Assembly (NCBI GenBank): GCA_037441775.1
Contig: JBBIRO010000007.1
Span: 46,197-110,196, forward strand
DNA from: Syntrophobacterales bacterium
Lineage (GTDB): Bacteria > Desulfobacterota > Syntrophia > Syntrophales > CAMTWB01
Direction: 5' to 3'
Length of the DNA: 64,000 bases
The notes under the pieces are model-generated. The model made no database searches. It saw only the letters and a program-made list of their open reading frames with translations, and was not told the DNA's origin. Below, piece after piece: positions 38,285-46,906 of the stretch. The position numbers and the translations under genes were made by a program. The number at the start of each line of letters is the position of its first letter. The stretch's first letter is position 1.

Positions 38285-39520
38285 CTAGAAACCAAAGCGG
38301 CGCCAACTGGTCTTGACAAAGGGCAGGGCGTTTGTATTGTTGTCCAGCGCTGCGGCATTGTAGGTGATATCGGAGGTGCCCCCGCCGGAGGTGTCATAAT
38401 TAGGGTTGCCCCAGGCGTCGTCGGCCGTATTGAGAATGTTATCCGGGCCGGCGATGTTGGCGGAAAAAACACTGCCGTGGATCAGGCCGTTTCCCCCGCC
38501 GTAGCGTTCGATACTGCCCTTGCCGATCGCCAGAATCAGGCCGTTGTAATCAAAGTTTCCGTGGACGCGTAGATTGCCGGTACAGATGATGATCCCGGCG
38601 CCGGATACCGGGCCGATAGTCAGATCGCCGTTGATAAAAACCACTTTGGGATTCGCGACGCTGCCCCAGGTAAACCCCGGCGCCGCGGTGGAGGTAAAGT
38701 CGGCCAGAGCGGCAAGCGATGAGGTTAGTGTTTTAAGCCCCGCCAAATCGTTCCAGGGGTAGGAGAAAGTAGCTTGGGCGACACAGGGGGTAGGGGGGAC
38801 GCAATTGCCTATGTAGGCGTTCGGTTTGGGAATCCCCGCAACAACACTATTCAAAGACGCTGCCGAATTGACGGCGACCGCCGGCTTGTTCATGCCGTGG
38901 ATGACCTGGGCGGAGCTGCTGCCGCCCGCAAAAGCAACATTTGGTCCCGGCAAAACGATGGCCCCCGGAAGGTCCGGGGGGATTAAGCGACGGACGGTCA
39001 CCTGGACGGCGGCTACCGCATTCAGGGGGCCCAAACCGAACGCGGTTAAGGTAAGGGTGGAATTAGAATCTGCCGTGCTGGTGACGCCTTCCTCACGATC
39101 ATTGTTTAAGTAGACCCGATATGTCCCCGCACCAAAATTGGTGGTCGGGGCAAAGGGAACGTCGTCTGAGACGAAGGTGCGGTTGCCGTAAAAATTATTA
39201 AAGTTGTTGCTGTTGGTCAGGTTGCCGTCCGGACCACGGGAGGCAATCAGGAGGGAAGAAAGGCTCGAACCGGCGGCCACGGTCTGACGGAGCTGCTCCC
39301 GGGCCGCCTCCGTGCCGGCTTCAGCGATATGAAACGCGACATTGTTGGCCCGGTAATTGGCACTGATTTTGAGGTCGGTGGTGCTGGTAAGCACGGCGGT
39401 GGTTCCAATCAGCATCAGCACCGAGATCAAAAGGAGCCCCACCACCAGGACCATTCCCCGGTCATCGATATGGTAGCTACTAGATCTCATTTTTCCCATA
39501 AAGCCTTCTCCTTGCATCAT
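38285..39520 (-). CDS. PilX-like type IV pilus minor pilin/assembly protein with large C-terminal domain
   Basis: The N-terminus RGMVLVVGLLLISVLMLIGTTAVLTSTTDLKISANYRANNVAFHIAEAGTEAAREQL fits the PilX_N pattern. ATGA overlap with the upstream pilW-like gene. 411 aa. Confidence 0.7.
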   Translation of the reverse strand: MMQGEGFMGKMRSSSYHIDDRGMVLVVGLLLISVLMLIGTTAVLTSTTDLKISANYRANNVAFHIAEAGTEAAREQLRQTVAAGSSLSSLLIASRGPDGNLTNSNNFNNFYGNRTFVSDDVPFAPTTNFGAGTYRVYLNNDREEGVTSTADSNSTLTLTAFGLGPLNAVAAVQVTVRRLIPPDLPGAIVLPGPNVAFAGGSSSAQVIHGMNKPAVAVNSAASLNSVVAGIPKPNAYIGNCVPPTPCVAQATFSYPWNDLAGLKTLTSSLAALADFTSTAAPGFTWGSVANPKVVFINGDLTIGPVSGAGIIICTGNLRVHGNFDYNGLILAIGKGSIERYGGGNGLIHGSVFSANIAGPDNILNTADDAWGNPNYDTSGGGTSDITYNAAALDNNTNALPFVKTSWRRFGF

Positions 39521-40140
39521 AAGGCAAGATTTCTGGGGGTGACGCGGGATACGAGCGTTAGTGTCCGGTAGCCGTTATTCAAAGGATATGAGGGATCCGG
39601 TTTGGCCGTTCTGCCGGTGATAGTAACGGTTATTACCCGGTTTCCCGTTCCGTATGCAAAGCTCAGAGCGGTGATGTTTTCGGCGACCGGCTGGTTAGCA
39701 GCGCCGGCGGTTGACTTTCTTCCCAGCCTTTGCGCCCCTCCCGAGGTATAGAGCGAATAGGTGATATTTTCATTAGAATCGTTCGTATCGCCGTCCGGAG
39801 GCCCGTTTCCGGTATTATCAGTAATGTCGAGGGTGAAGTTGATGGAATTGGAAGCGGCGCTGACAATTCCCGCCCCGGAAGTTCCTGTTGGATTGTACCC
39901 CGCCATGCCAATCTCACGGGTCATCATTTCCATGGCGGCTCTTAAACTCTGCTGCAATTCCACGTAATCTTCCTGTGTTGTAAAAATCTTGTGCTGCACC
40001 GTAAAAACACTATACATCGCGCCTAGAACAACCAGGCCTACGGCCATGGCGATCATCAGCTCCACCAGAGAAAAGCCGTCTCTGTTGTTCCGCAAGTTAT
40101 TGTTAGTGGTTCGATTGTTTTCCGCGCGACGAATTTTCAT
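39517..40140 (-). CDS. PilW-like type IV pilus minor pilin (prepilin-type N-terminal cleavage/methylation domain)
   Basis: Leader ending ...NRDG|FSLVELMIAMAVGLVVLGAMYSVF, followed by QQSLRAAMEMMTREIGMAGYNP, typical of PilW/GspJ-like proteins. Confidence 0.75.
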   Translation of the reverse strand: MKIRRAENNRTTNNNLRNNRDGFSLVELMIAMAVGLVVLGAMYSVFTVQHKIFTTQEDYVELQQSLRAAMEMMTREIGMAGYNPTGTSGAGIVSAASNSINFTLDITDNTGNGPPDGDTNDSNENITYSLYTSGGAQRLGRKSTAGAANQPVAENITALSFAYGTGNRVITVTITGRTAKPDPSYPLNNGYRTLTLVSRVTPRNLAL

Positions 40141-40150
40141 GAGTACTCAA

Positions 40151-40555
40151 TCATCTGGCCGTAATGCTCCTGATCGTCACATTGCGGGCTGCCCCCTGCC
40201 AATTCCAATTGACCTGCACTTCGATGTTTCTTAGGTTGGCGTTTGCGGGATTGGTGGTAATGGTCCAGACTCTCGTGTAGAAGCCGGAATCGGAAGCTAC
40301 CGAGTCGCTGCCCGAAGTCAAGTTAGTGAAAGCCGTATTCTTCAACTGCTCCATCTGATCATTGGCGATGGTGGTTGCCGTGGTAACCGTCCTGCTGAAA
40401 AAGTTGCCCTTGACAACCATGGCGGTGACCGATGTAAGTCCCAGAAGCGCGATGGTAAGGATAGCCATCGCCACCACAATTTCGATCAGGGTAAAGCCCC
40501 TGCTTTCGCCGCCGCTAAAAGCCGTCGCGTTCTTTGGTGCCGCGTGATATTTCAT
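40151..40555 (-). CDS. PilV-like type IV pilus minor pilin (prepilin-type N-terminal domain)
   Basis: Leader ...ESRG|FTLIEIVVAMAILTIALLGL, followed by the ...ATTIANDQMEQLKN pattern. 134 aa. Confidence 0.75.
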   Translation of the reverse strand: MKYHAAPKNATAFSGGESRGFTLIEIVVAMAILTIALLGLTSVTAMVVKGNFFSRTVTTATTIANDQMEQLKNTAFTNLTSGSDSVASDSGFYTRVWTITTNPANANLRNIEVQVNWNWQGAARNVTIRSITAR

Positions 40556-40734
40556 CTAAAGATACCTCCTGAAACAGCCGCTGCGACTGGTCAAGGCCGC
40601 GCCTTCGCGCTTTGCTTCCCAAGATTTCCGGGGATGATTCGGACCTTTTCACCTGCCATATTCATTGCACCATCGGGGCGTCAGGGATTCCTGGTAATTT
40701 CTTAATATCTCAAAACGCTGCCCGGCAACGTAAG

Positions 40735-41196
40735 TTATTCAATCCTGGCCCGTCCCGTAACGGCTAAAACGACATTTCTTGAGCCGCTCAAATTAGAAAG
40801 GGTGATCGTTGCTAGGTTTGCGGCCGTTCCCTTTGGCAAGAAAACCGGGTTGTTGTTGGCGACCATCGTGACGTCAGAGTAGGTTGATTGAATGTCTTTT
40901 ATCTGTGTCGCCTCTCCAGAGTCGGCCACGCCGTTGTTGTTGTCATCGTCTAAAATCTGATAACGCTTGGAATCGAGGAAAAAAACACGGAAATTGTTGT
41001 TATGCGTGACCGCCTGCATCCTGGCCGCCATCAAATCCGACATGATCATTCGGGCCGCCCCGTTCAACCTGCGTTGCTGCATAAAGGTAAGATAACTGGG
41101 GACGGCGATGGCCATCATAAACCCTATGATTGTAATGACCATCAGGGTCTCTAACAGGGTGAACCCTTTTTTTTCAGAAATAACCACGAGAATCAC
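40735..41196 (-). CDS. FimT/GspH-like type IV minor pilin (prepilin-type N-terminal domain)
   Basis: ...KKG|FTLLETLMVITIIGFMMAIAVPSY, followed by RRLNGAARMIMSDLMAARMQAV, typical of the GspH/FimT family. GTG start at 41196; a GTG at 41187 is an alternative. Confidence 0.75.
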   Translation of the reverse strand: MILVVISEKKGFTLLETLMVITIIGFMMAIAVPSYLTFMQQRRLNGAARMIMSDLMAARMQAVTHNNNFRVFFLDSKRYQILDDDNNNGVADSGEATQIKDIQSTYSDVTMVANNNPVFLPKGTAANLATITLSNLSGSRNVVLAVTGRARIE

Positions 41197-41227
41197 CGGG
41201 CAGCGAAATGTGTGATAACCTGAATCA

Positions 41228-41242
41228 GCAAGTACTGTGCCA
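41228..41242 (-). promoter_or_regulatory. sigma-54 (-24/-12) promoter of the minor-pilin operon
   Basis: The minus strand reads TTGGCACAGTACTTGCT, that is TGGCAC-N5-TTGC with the canonical GG-N10-GC spacing, about 30 nt upstream of the FimT-like start codon. Confidence 0.7.
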
Positions 41243-41315
41243 AGCTTTCCCGGTTGTTCCGGCCGGGAATGCTGGCGGCAGGAGGCTGATTATATTATGA
41301 TTTCTCCCAAATATT

Positions 41316-41341
41316 TTATTGCGGCAGTTTAGCGGCAATAA
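41316..41341. promoter_or_regulatory. inverted repeat TTATTGC-N12-GCAATAA, candidate enhancer (bEBP) site
   Basis: TTATTGCGGCAGTTTAGCGGCAATAA also contains a direct GCGGCA...GCGGCA pair. It lies about 75-110 bp upstream of the sigma-54 promoter in the direction of transcription. Confidence 0.3.
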
Positions 41342-41559
41342 TTTTTTAAGTGATAATTCCATAATCCCGGTGATATTTACCCAAAAGGGTTTAATTGCCG
41401 AACGGGGCCGAATGTCCGCCCTTAAGGCTGGTCTATATCTTTTCTAACATGCTATTTTCGGTGTCCTCTACAACAACGGGATGCTGGAAAAAAGACTGGT
41501 TAGCTCATTCTAAACATAATATGCAATACGCTGTCAAACAAAGAAATAACAATTTATTC

Positions 41560-41588
41560 TTGACAGGGATATATTGAACTTGTATAGC
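41560..41588 (+). promoter_or_regulatory. sigma-70-type promoter for rpsT
   Basis: TTGACA (41560-41565), 17-nt spacer, TATAGC (41583-41588), about 36 nt upstream of the rpsT start. Confidence 0.5.
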
Positions 41589-41623
41589 ATGTTCCCAACA
41601 TTTCGCAGACAGGAGGGTAATTT

Positions 41624-41887
41624 TTGGCAACCAATAAATCAGCAATGAAAAGAAGTAGACAAGCTGACAATAGCAAACGGCGTAACGCGTCAGCAAAGTC
41701 CCAGGTAAAAACAGCAACCAAGGATGTTTTAAACGTTTTGGAAAGTGGCGACAAGGGAGCATCCCTCCAGGCGCTGGCTAAGGCCATTCCTACGTTGAAT
41801 AAGGCCGCGGCCAAAGGTGTTTTTCACAAGAAGACCATCTCACGGAAAATCTCACGGCTTACCAGGAAGTTAAACTCGCTTCAATAG
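41624..41887 (+). CDS. rpsT: 30S ribosomal protein S20
   Basis: TTG start with AGGAGGG at 41611-41617. ATNKSAMKRSRQADNSKRRNASAKSQVKT is the canonical S20 N-terminus. Confidence 0.95.
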   Translation: MATNKSAMKRSRQADNSKRRNASAKSQVKTATKDVLNVLESGDKGASLQALAKAIPTLNKAAAKGVFHKKTISRKISRLTRKLNSLQ

Positions 41888-41917
41888 GAACGGCACGCCT
41901 GCTTTCATCGTTTCAGC

Positions 41918-42003
41918 AATAATGACGACTTCGTAAAAAGTCCTCACGGGCATGACAAAAAGTGAGGTTTCCCGATTTTTTACGAGTTCGTTACTAATGA
42001 CGA
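41918..42003 (+). repeat. MITE-like element, short copy D (terminal inverted repeats about 20 bp)
   Basis: Left end AATAATGACGACTTCGTAAAAAGTCC. Reverse complement of the right end is ATTAGTAACGAACTCGTAAAAAATC. Internal hairpin CCTCAC...GTGAGG. TAATGACGAC is found at both flanks. Confidence 0.65.
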
Positions 42004-42063
42004 CGCGGTCAAAAGTCAAAAAGTTCCCGCTCCCTTGAGGAAATAGGGTTTGCGGTGATGGTG
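41994..42063 (+). repeat. dispersed intergenic repeat, copy B (GTCAAAAGTC...CTCCCTTGAG...AGGGTTTGCGGTGATGGTG)
   Basis: The reverse complement aligns by eye with copy A (33104-33166) and copy C (61389-61432). Confidence 0.65.
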
Positions 42064-42155
42064 CTTGTCGTGGCCATATCAGGTATTTATTTCACCCTCT
42101 CCCTTATCACCTCGCACCAGCGGGGGGGGAAGCGGAATTTCGTAGCATTCTGTTA

Positions 42156-42695
42156 TCAAAACCCGGACATCATCAACTGGTATGCCCGTTCGCTTAAATC
42201 CCTATTTAACCTAAGCAATGCGTCTTTCCTGTTCTTGCTGGTAATTTCGCTGTTGCGGTCGATCAGATATTCCGTTGTCCCGGCGATGTTTCTTGCGCTC
42301 CAGAGAACCTGCTTGCCATCCTGCCGGATGAAGGCCAGGTCGAGCGCCATGGTTATCCTTTCCTCCAATGCCTGACTGTCCTTGCCGGCAGTCAGGTGAG
42401 TGGTGGCGATACTCAAGATGGAACCGGTCAGGATGGCGTGGGCGTTAGCCTTGTCGGCGGCCAGCCGGAATCTCTGGCTTCTGGTAAAGAGATCGCCGAA
42501 TGAGGCGCGGAATTGGTCCTCAATATTGGCCTCGCTGGTCTGGTTGGCAAAGTTTTCAATGAAAACAGTCTTGATTTGGGCGTCAATGTTCTGGCCGGAA
42601 GGCTGGAAGCGATACCCGCAGCCCGTAAACATTAAGATCACGAGACAAAGAGCCAAGTATGGAGCAGGCTTAAGACAGCAATTATTTCTGGTCAT
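42156..42695 (-). CDS. lptE: LPS-assembly lipoprotein LptE (RlpB)
   Basis: Lipobox LMFTGC after a signal peptide when started at the ATG at 42695. Located immediately downstream of leuS, the conserved leuS-lptE arrangement. Confidence 0.7.
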   Translation of the reverse strand: MTRNNCCLKPAPYLALCLVILMFTGCGYRFQPSGQNIDAQIKTVFIENFANQTSEANIEDQFRASFGDLFTRSQRFRLAADKANAHAILTGSILSIATTHLTAGKDSQALEERITMALDLAFIRQDGKQVLWSARNIAGTTEYLIDRNSEITSKNRKDALLRLNRDLSERAYQLMMSGF

Positions 42696-42778
42696 GGAAA
42701 CATATCCCTGATGCTTCTTGGCTATTGTTCGGGTATAACTTGCATAGCCGGGATCCCGTGCTCCAGACGCTGGAAATT

Positions 42779-45364
42779 TCATTCCCGCACTACCAGATTG
42801 AGCAGTTTCCCCGGTACGTAAATCTGTTTCTGGACCTGTTTTTCGGCCAGATATTTGTTCAGGCGGTCATCCTGAGCAGCCCTTCTTTTAATTCCTTCCT
42901 CATCCTCGTCAGCCGGCACGGTAAGCTTGCTCCGCACCTTGCCGTTTATCTGCACCACAATTGTAATTTCATTTTCGGCGGCAATACCAGGGTCAAAAGT
43001 GGGCCAGGGAAAATCCGTCAGCGGCTTGCCGCTGTTGAAGCTTTCCCACAGTTCCTCGGAGATATGGGGCACGAACGGCGCCATCATGACAATTACGGCC
43101 TCCAGGGCTTCCCGCACAGCCGCAAGGGCAACCTCGTCATTTTTTTTCGGCCGTGGCAGGGTGTAAAGGGCGTTAACCAGCTCCATCACCGCGCTGATGG
43201 CGGTATTGAAATGGAACCGGTCTTCGATATCGCTCGTCACCTTACGGATGGTCTGGTGGGTTTTACGCCGGAGAGCCTTGATATCTCCTTCCAAAGTCAT
43301 ACCTTCCCGTATCGGCTCAACAGCAAGAACATCCTCCAGGTAGTCCATCGTTATCCGCCAGAGCCGGTTTAAGAAACGGAACGATCCCTCGACCCCCTGA
43401 TCGCTCCATTCCAGGTCCTTTTCCGGCGGGGCGGTGAACAGGCAGAAAAGCCTTGCCGTATCAGCTCCGTAGCGGTTGACCAGGTAATCAGGATCAACCA
43501 CGTTTTTGAGCGATTTGGACATCTTCTCATTCTTGCCGATGATGACCGCCTCCTGGCAATGACAGCAGGCATCTCCCGCCGCCTCCTCGGGGAAGAGGTA
43601 GCCATGGTTGGGGCAGCTCATGGTTTCCTTACAGACCATACCCTGCGTCAGCAGGTTGGCAAATGGCTCATCAACAGCGATGATCCCAAAATCACGGAGC
43701 ATCTTGGTATAAAAGCGGGCGTAGAGCAGGTGAAGAATGGCGTGTTCGATCCCGCCTATGTACTGATCTACCGGCATCCAGTAATCGGTTTTCCTTTTAT
43801 CCAAACCAGGTTTCTCGTGAAAATCCGGCGAGCAGAAGCGGGCGAAATACCAGGATGATTCCACGAAGGTGTCCATCGTATCAGTTTCCCGTTTGGCCGG
43901 TTTTTGACACTGGGGACAGGCTACTTCCAGGAAGTCCCGGTGCCTTACCAATGGCGAACCACCCTCGCCGGTAATTTCCACGTTAAGCGGCAAAACCACC
44001 GGTAAATCCTCTTCCGGTACCGGCACCACCCCGCAAATGTCACAATAGATGATGGGAATTGGAGTTCCCCAGTAACGCTGGCGGGAGATACCCCAGTCGC
44101 GCAGACGAAACTGGATAGTTTTCTTGCCCGAGCCCTTCTGTTCGAGGTAATCGGCGATTTTTTCCAGGGCTTCGGTACTGGGAATTCCGTTGAACGGCCC
44201 GGAGTTGACCAGCACTCCCTCTTCGGTGTAGGCTTCTTTAAGACAATCCCCGTCTAGGGGATCCTCCGGGCGATCGATGACTACGATCACTGGCAGGTTG
44301 TATTTTTTGGCGAAATCAAAATCCCGCTGGTCATGGGCCGGTACGGCCATGACGCAGCCGGTGCCATAGTCGGCCAGGACGAAGTTGGCGGCAAAAATTG
44401 GCATCTGAGCGCCCGTCAGCGGGTTTAGACAATATGATTCGAGGAAGACCCCTTCTTTCTCGTAGGATTCCGAGGTGCGCAGCAGCCGATCCTGCTTTTT
44501 TACTCTTTCGACAAACATCCTGGTGTCAAGCTCACAGGACTTGCCTTCTGCTAATTCCGTCACTAAAGGGTGCTCGGCGGCGACCAGCATAAAGGTGGCC
44601 CCATAAATTGTGTCCTGGCGGGTGGTAAAGACTTTGATTTCCCCCTGCCGGTCATGAAAGGGGAATGAGACTTCACACCCCGCACTCTTGCCGATCCAGT
44701 TTTTCTGCATGGTTATGACGCGCTCCGGCCAGCCCGGCAGCCGGTCGCACCATTCCAAGAGCTCTTCAACGTAATCGCTGATCCGGTAGAACCACTGGTT
44801 AAGATATTTTTGCCCCACTTCAGTGCCGCAGCGCCAGCACTGCCCCGCTTCCACCTGCTCGTTGGCTAAAACGGTGGTACATTGGTTGCACCAGTTAACC
44901 AGCGATGCCTTCTTGTAGGCCAGTCCCTTTTGGTACATCCAAAGGAAAAACAGTTGTTCCCAGCGATAATATTCTGGATCACAGGTGGCCAGTTCCCGGT
45001 CCCAGTCGTAGCTGAAGCCCATCCGTTTGAGCTGGGTCCTCATATGGGAAATGTTGTCTTTTGTCCAGGTGGCGGGGTGGATACCCCGGTCGATGGCGGC
45101 ATTTTCGGCGGGCATGCCGAAGGCGTCCCAACCCATTGGGTGTAGCACATTAAAACCCTTCATCCGCTTGTAGCGCGCGACAACATCCCCGATAGTATAG
45201 TTTCGGACGTGTCCAATATGTATCTTGCCCGATGGATAGGGAAACATTTCTAAAAGATAGTACTTTTCTCCGGTTGCATCCTCTCGCGATTGAAAAGTCT
45301 TCCGCTCTTCCCAGCGGCGTTGCCATTTTTCTTCTATTTCATGAGGGTTGTATTTAGCGGCCAC
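42779..45364 (-). CDS. leuS: leucyl-tRNA synthetase
   Basis: 861 aa with HIGH-type motif (PSGKIHIGH), KMSKS and the CP1 editing domain. Confidence 0.97.
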   Translation of the reverse strand: MAAKYNPHEIEEKWQRRWEERKTFQSREDATGEKYYLLEMFPYPSGKIHIGHVRNYTIGDVVARYKRMKGFNVLHPMGWDAFGMPAENAAIDRGIHPATWTKDNISHMRTQLKRMGFSYDWDRELATCDPEYYRWEQLFFLWMYQKGLAYKKASLVNWCNQCTTVLANEQVEAGQCWRCGTEVGQKYLNQWFYRISDYVEELLEWCDRLPGWPERVITMQKNWIGKSAGCEVSFPFHDRQGEIKVFTTRQDTIYGATFMLVAAEHPLVTELAEGKSCELDTRMFVERVKKQDRLLRTSESYEKEGVFLESYCLNPLTGAQMPIFAANFVLADYGTGCVMAVPAHDQRDFDFAKKYNLPVIVVIDRPEDPLDGDCLKEAYTEEGVLVNSGPFNGIPSTEALEKIADYLEQKGSGKKTIQFRLRDWGISRQRYWGTPIPIIYCDICGVVPVPEEDLPVVLPLNVEITGEGGSPLVRHRDFLEVACPQCQKPAKRETDTMDTFVESSWYFARFCSPDFHEKPGLDKRKTDYWMPVDQYIGGIEHAILHLLYARFYTKMLRDFGIIAVDEPFANLLTQGMVCKETMSCPNHGYLFPEEAAGDACCHCQEAVIIGKNEKMSKSLKNVVDPDYLVNRYGADTARLFCLFTAPPEKDLEWSDQGVEGSFRFLNRLWRITMDYLEDVLAVEPIREGMTLEGDIKALRRKTHQTIRKVTSDIEDRFHFNTAISAVMELVNALYTLPRPKKNDEVALAAVREALEAVIVMMAPFVPHISEELWESFNSGKPLTDFPWPTFDPGIAAENEITIVVQINGKVRSKLTVPADEDEEGIKRRAAQDDRLNKYLAEKQVQKQIYVPGKLLNLVVRE

Positions 45365-45454
45365 TAATTGTTCTCCTTAGCAAATCCCTGTATTCGAAGG
45401 GCCCTGTCTTCAACAGGCGGCCTCTTATGCCACAGGTAACCATTCCTTTCAATC

Positions 45455-46906
45455 CTATTTTTTCCAGAATTCCGGCACCATCAGAATCAAAACGGTAAAT
45501 ATCTCCAGTCGTCCGATAAGCATGCAAAAAGACAGAATCCATTTGCCCGCATAGGGTATCTCGGTGTACGTGGACATTGGATTTACCATCCCCAGGCCGG
45601 GGCCGGTATTGCTGATTGTGGCGGCAACGGAACTTACCGAGGTGATCATATCGAGACCCATTAGCGACATGGCGAGAATTGCCGCCAGGGTAAGGGCGAT
45701 ATATAAGACGAAAAACCCCCAGACGCTGGCCATAATGTCTTGCGAGACGATGCTTTCACCAAGCTTGACCCGGATTACCGCATGGGGGTGGACCAGTCGA
45801 TAAAGCTCCTTGTAGCTGTGCTTTATTACCAAAAGAAAGCGCACGCATTTGATCCCGCCACTGGTCGAACCGGCCGAGCCGCCAATGAACATTAGCGTAA
45901 GCAGAATGATCTGGGAAAGCACCGGCCAGCTGGAAAAGTCATGGGTGACAAAGCCGGTGGTGGTCATGATGGATACCACCTGAAAGGAGGCATAGCGGAG
46001 AGCCTCGCCCGCTCCGGTAAAAACATGTCTCCACAGGTCAATTGTAACCGCCAGAATGGCGACGAATATTACCCCCGCGAAGAAGAGAAATTCCCCATCT
46101 TTAAGCAGGGTTCTGAAACGACCCGACAAAACGAGGGCATGGAGGGTAAAATTCATGCCGGCCGCCACCATAAAGACGGTAATCACCACATCGATGTACA
46201 GGCTGCGGTAATGGCCGATACTCGCATCCTTGGGGGAAAACCCGCCGGTGGCCATGGTGGAGAAGGTGTGACAAATCGAATCGAATACGCTCATGCCGCC
46301 CAAAAGAAGGAGGATAAATTCAGTCAGCGAAATAATGATATAGATAATCCAAAGCGAGCGAGCGGCCTCAACGATCCGGGGCCGCAATTTATCTTTCACC
46401 GGACCGGGCAGTTCGGCCCGAAAAAGCTGCCGTCCTCCTACTCCGAGAAAGGGGAGAATGGCGATGGACAAGACAATAATGCCCATACCGCCCAGCCATT
46501 GGGTAAGGGAACGCCAGAGGATAATCCCGTGGGAAAGGCCTTCAATCTTCTTGATTACGGTGGCGCCGGTGGTGGTGAATCCCGACATGGTTTCGAAGAA
46601 GGAATCCGCATAGGTGGGGAAAATTTCCTCAAGCACATAGGGAAGCGATCCGAAAACGGCCGCCAATAGCCAGGCGGCTGTGACAATTACGAACCCTTCC
46701 CGGTGATTCAGTACGATCATTTCGCCTTTGGTACGAAATAACAGGTACATGAGAGCGCCCGTGAAGCAGGTAACCAGCAGGGAGATTAAAAAGGAAAGCG
46801 CTGCCTTTTCTCCGTAGTAAAGCGAGCAGACCAGGGGAATAAGCATTGTCAATCCCAGGGCGAACATGAAACCGCCCAGAGTATAGAGGATGTATTTTGG
46901 CTTCAT
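45455..46906 (-). CDS. trkH: Trk-type potassium uptake protein TrkH
   Basis: 483-aa polytopic membrane protein with repeated TTTG/MATGGF/TTTGF/GSTSGG selectivity-filter-like motifs. Confidence 0.9.
   Translation of the reverse strand: MKPKYILYTLGGFMFALGLTMLIPLVCSLYYGEKAALSFLISLLVTCFTGALMYLLFRTKGEMIVLNHREGFVIVTAAWLLAAVFGSLPYVLEEIFPTYADSFFETMSGFTTTGATVIKKIEGLSHGIILWRSLTQWLGGMGIIVLSIAILPFLGVGGRQLFRAELPGPVKDKLRPRIVEAARSLWIIYIIISLTEFILLLLGGMSVFDSICHTFSTMATGGFSPKDASIGHYRSLYIDVVITVFMVAAGMNFTLHALVLSGRFRTLLKDGEFLFFAGVIFVAILAVTIDLWRHVFTGAGEALRYASFQVVSIMTTTGFVTHDFSSWPVLSQIILLTLMFIGGSAGSTSGGIKCVRFLLVIKHSYKELYRLVHPHAVIRVKLGESIVSQDIMASVWGFFVLYIALTLAAILAMSLMGLDMITSVSSVAATISNTGPGLGMVNPMSTYTEIPYAGKWILSFCMLIGRLEIFTVLILMVPEFWKK

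Noticed and set aside
41395-41814. Small ORFs 41395-41577 (+), 41505-41762 (-) and 41554-41814 (-).
   Set aside because: They overlap the AT-rich rpsT promoter/leader or the rpsT coding sequence itself. They have no SD and no motifs.
41918-42130. Possible CRISPR array or tandem repeat cluster.
   Set aside because: The repeats are different motif types in mixed orientation, with no regularly spaced identical units or spacers. Other copies are dispersed singly across the window, and no cas genes are present.
42725-43372. Long antisense ORFs opposite well-supported genes: 42725-43372 (opposite leuS), 45941-46669 (opposite trkH), 48124-48846, 3579-4226, 31248-31823, 9533-10108 and 5747-6406.
   Set aside because: Each lies entirely inside a gene with strong family motifs on the other strand. 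Their translations are low-complexity (Gly/Arg/Pro-rich) with no recognisable motifs. These are typical shadow ORFs of GC-rich coding DNA.
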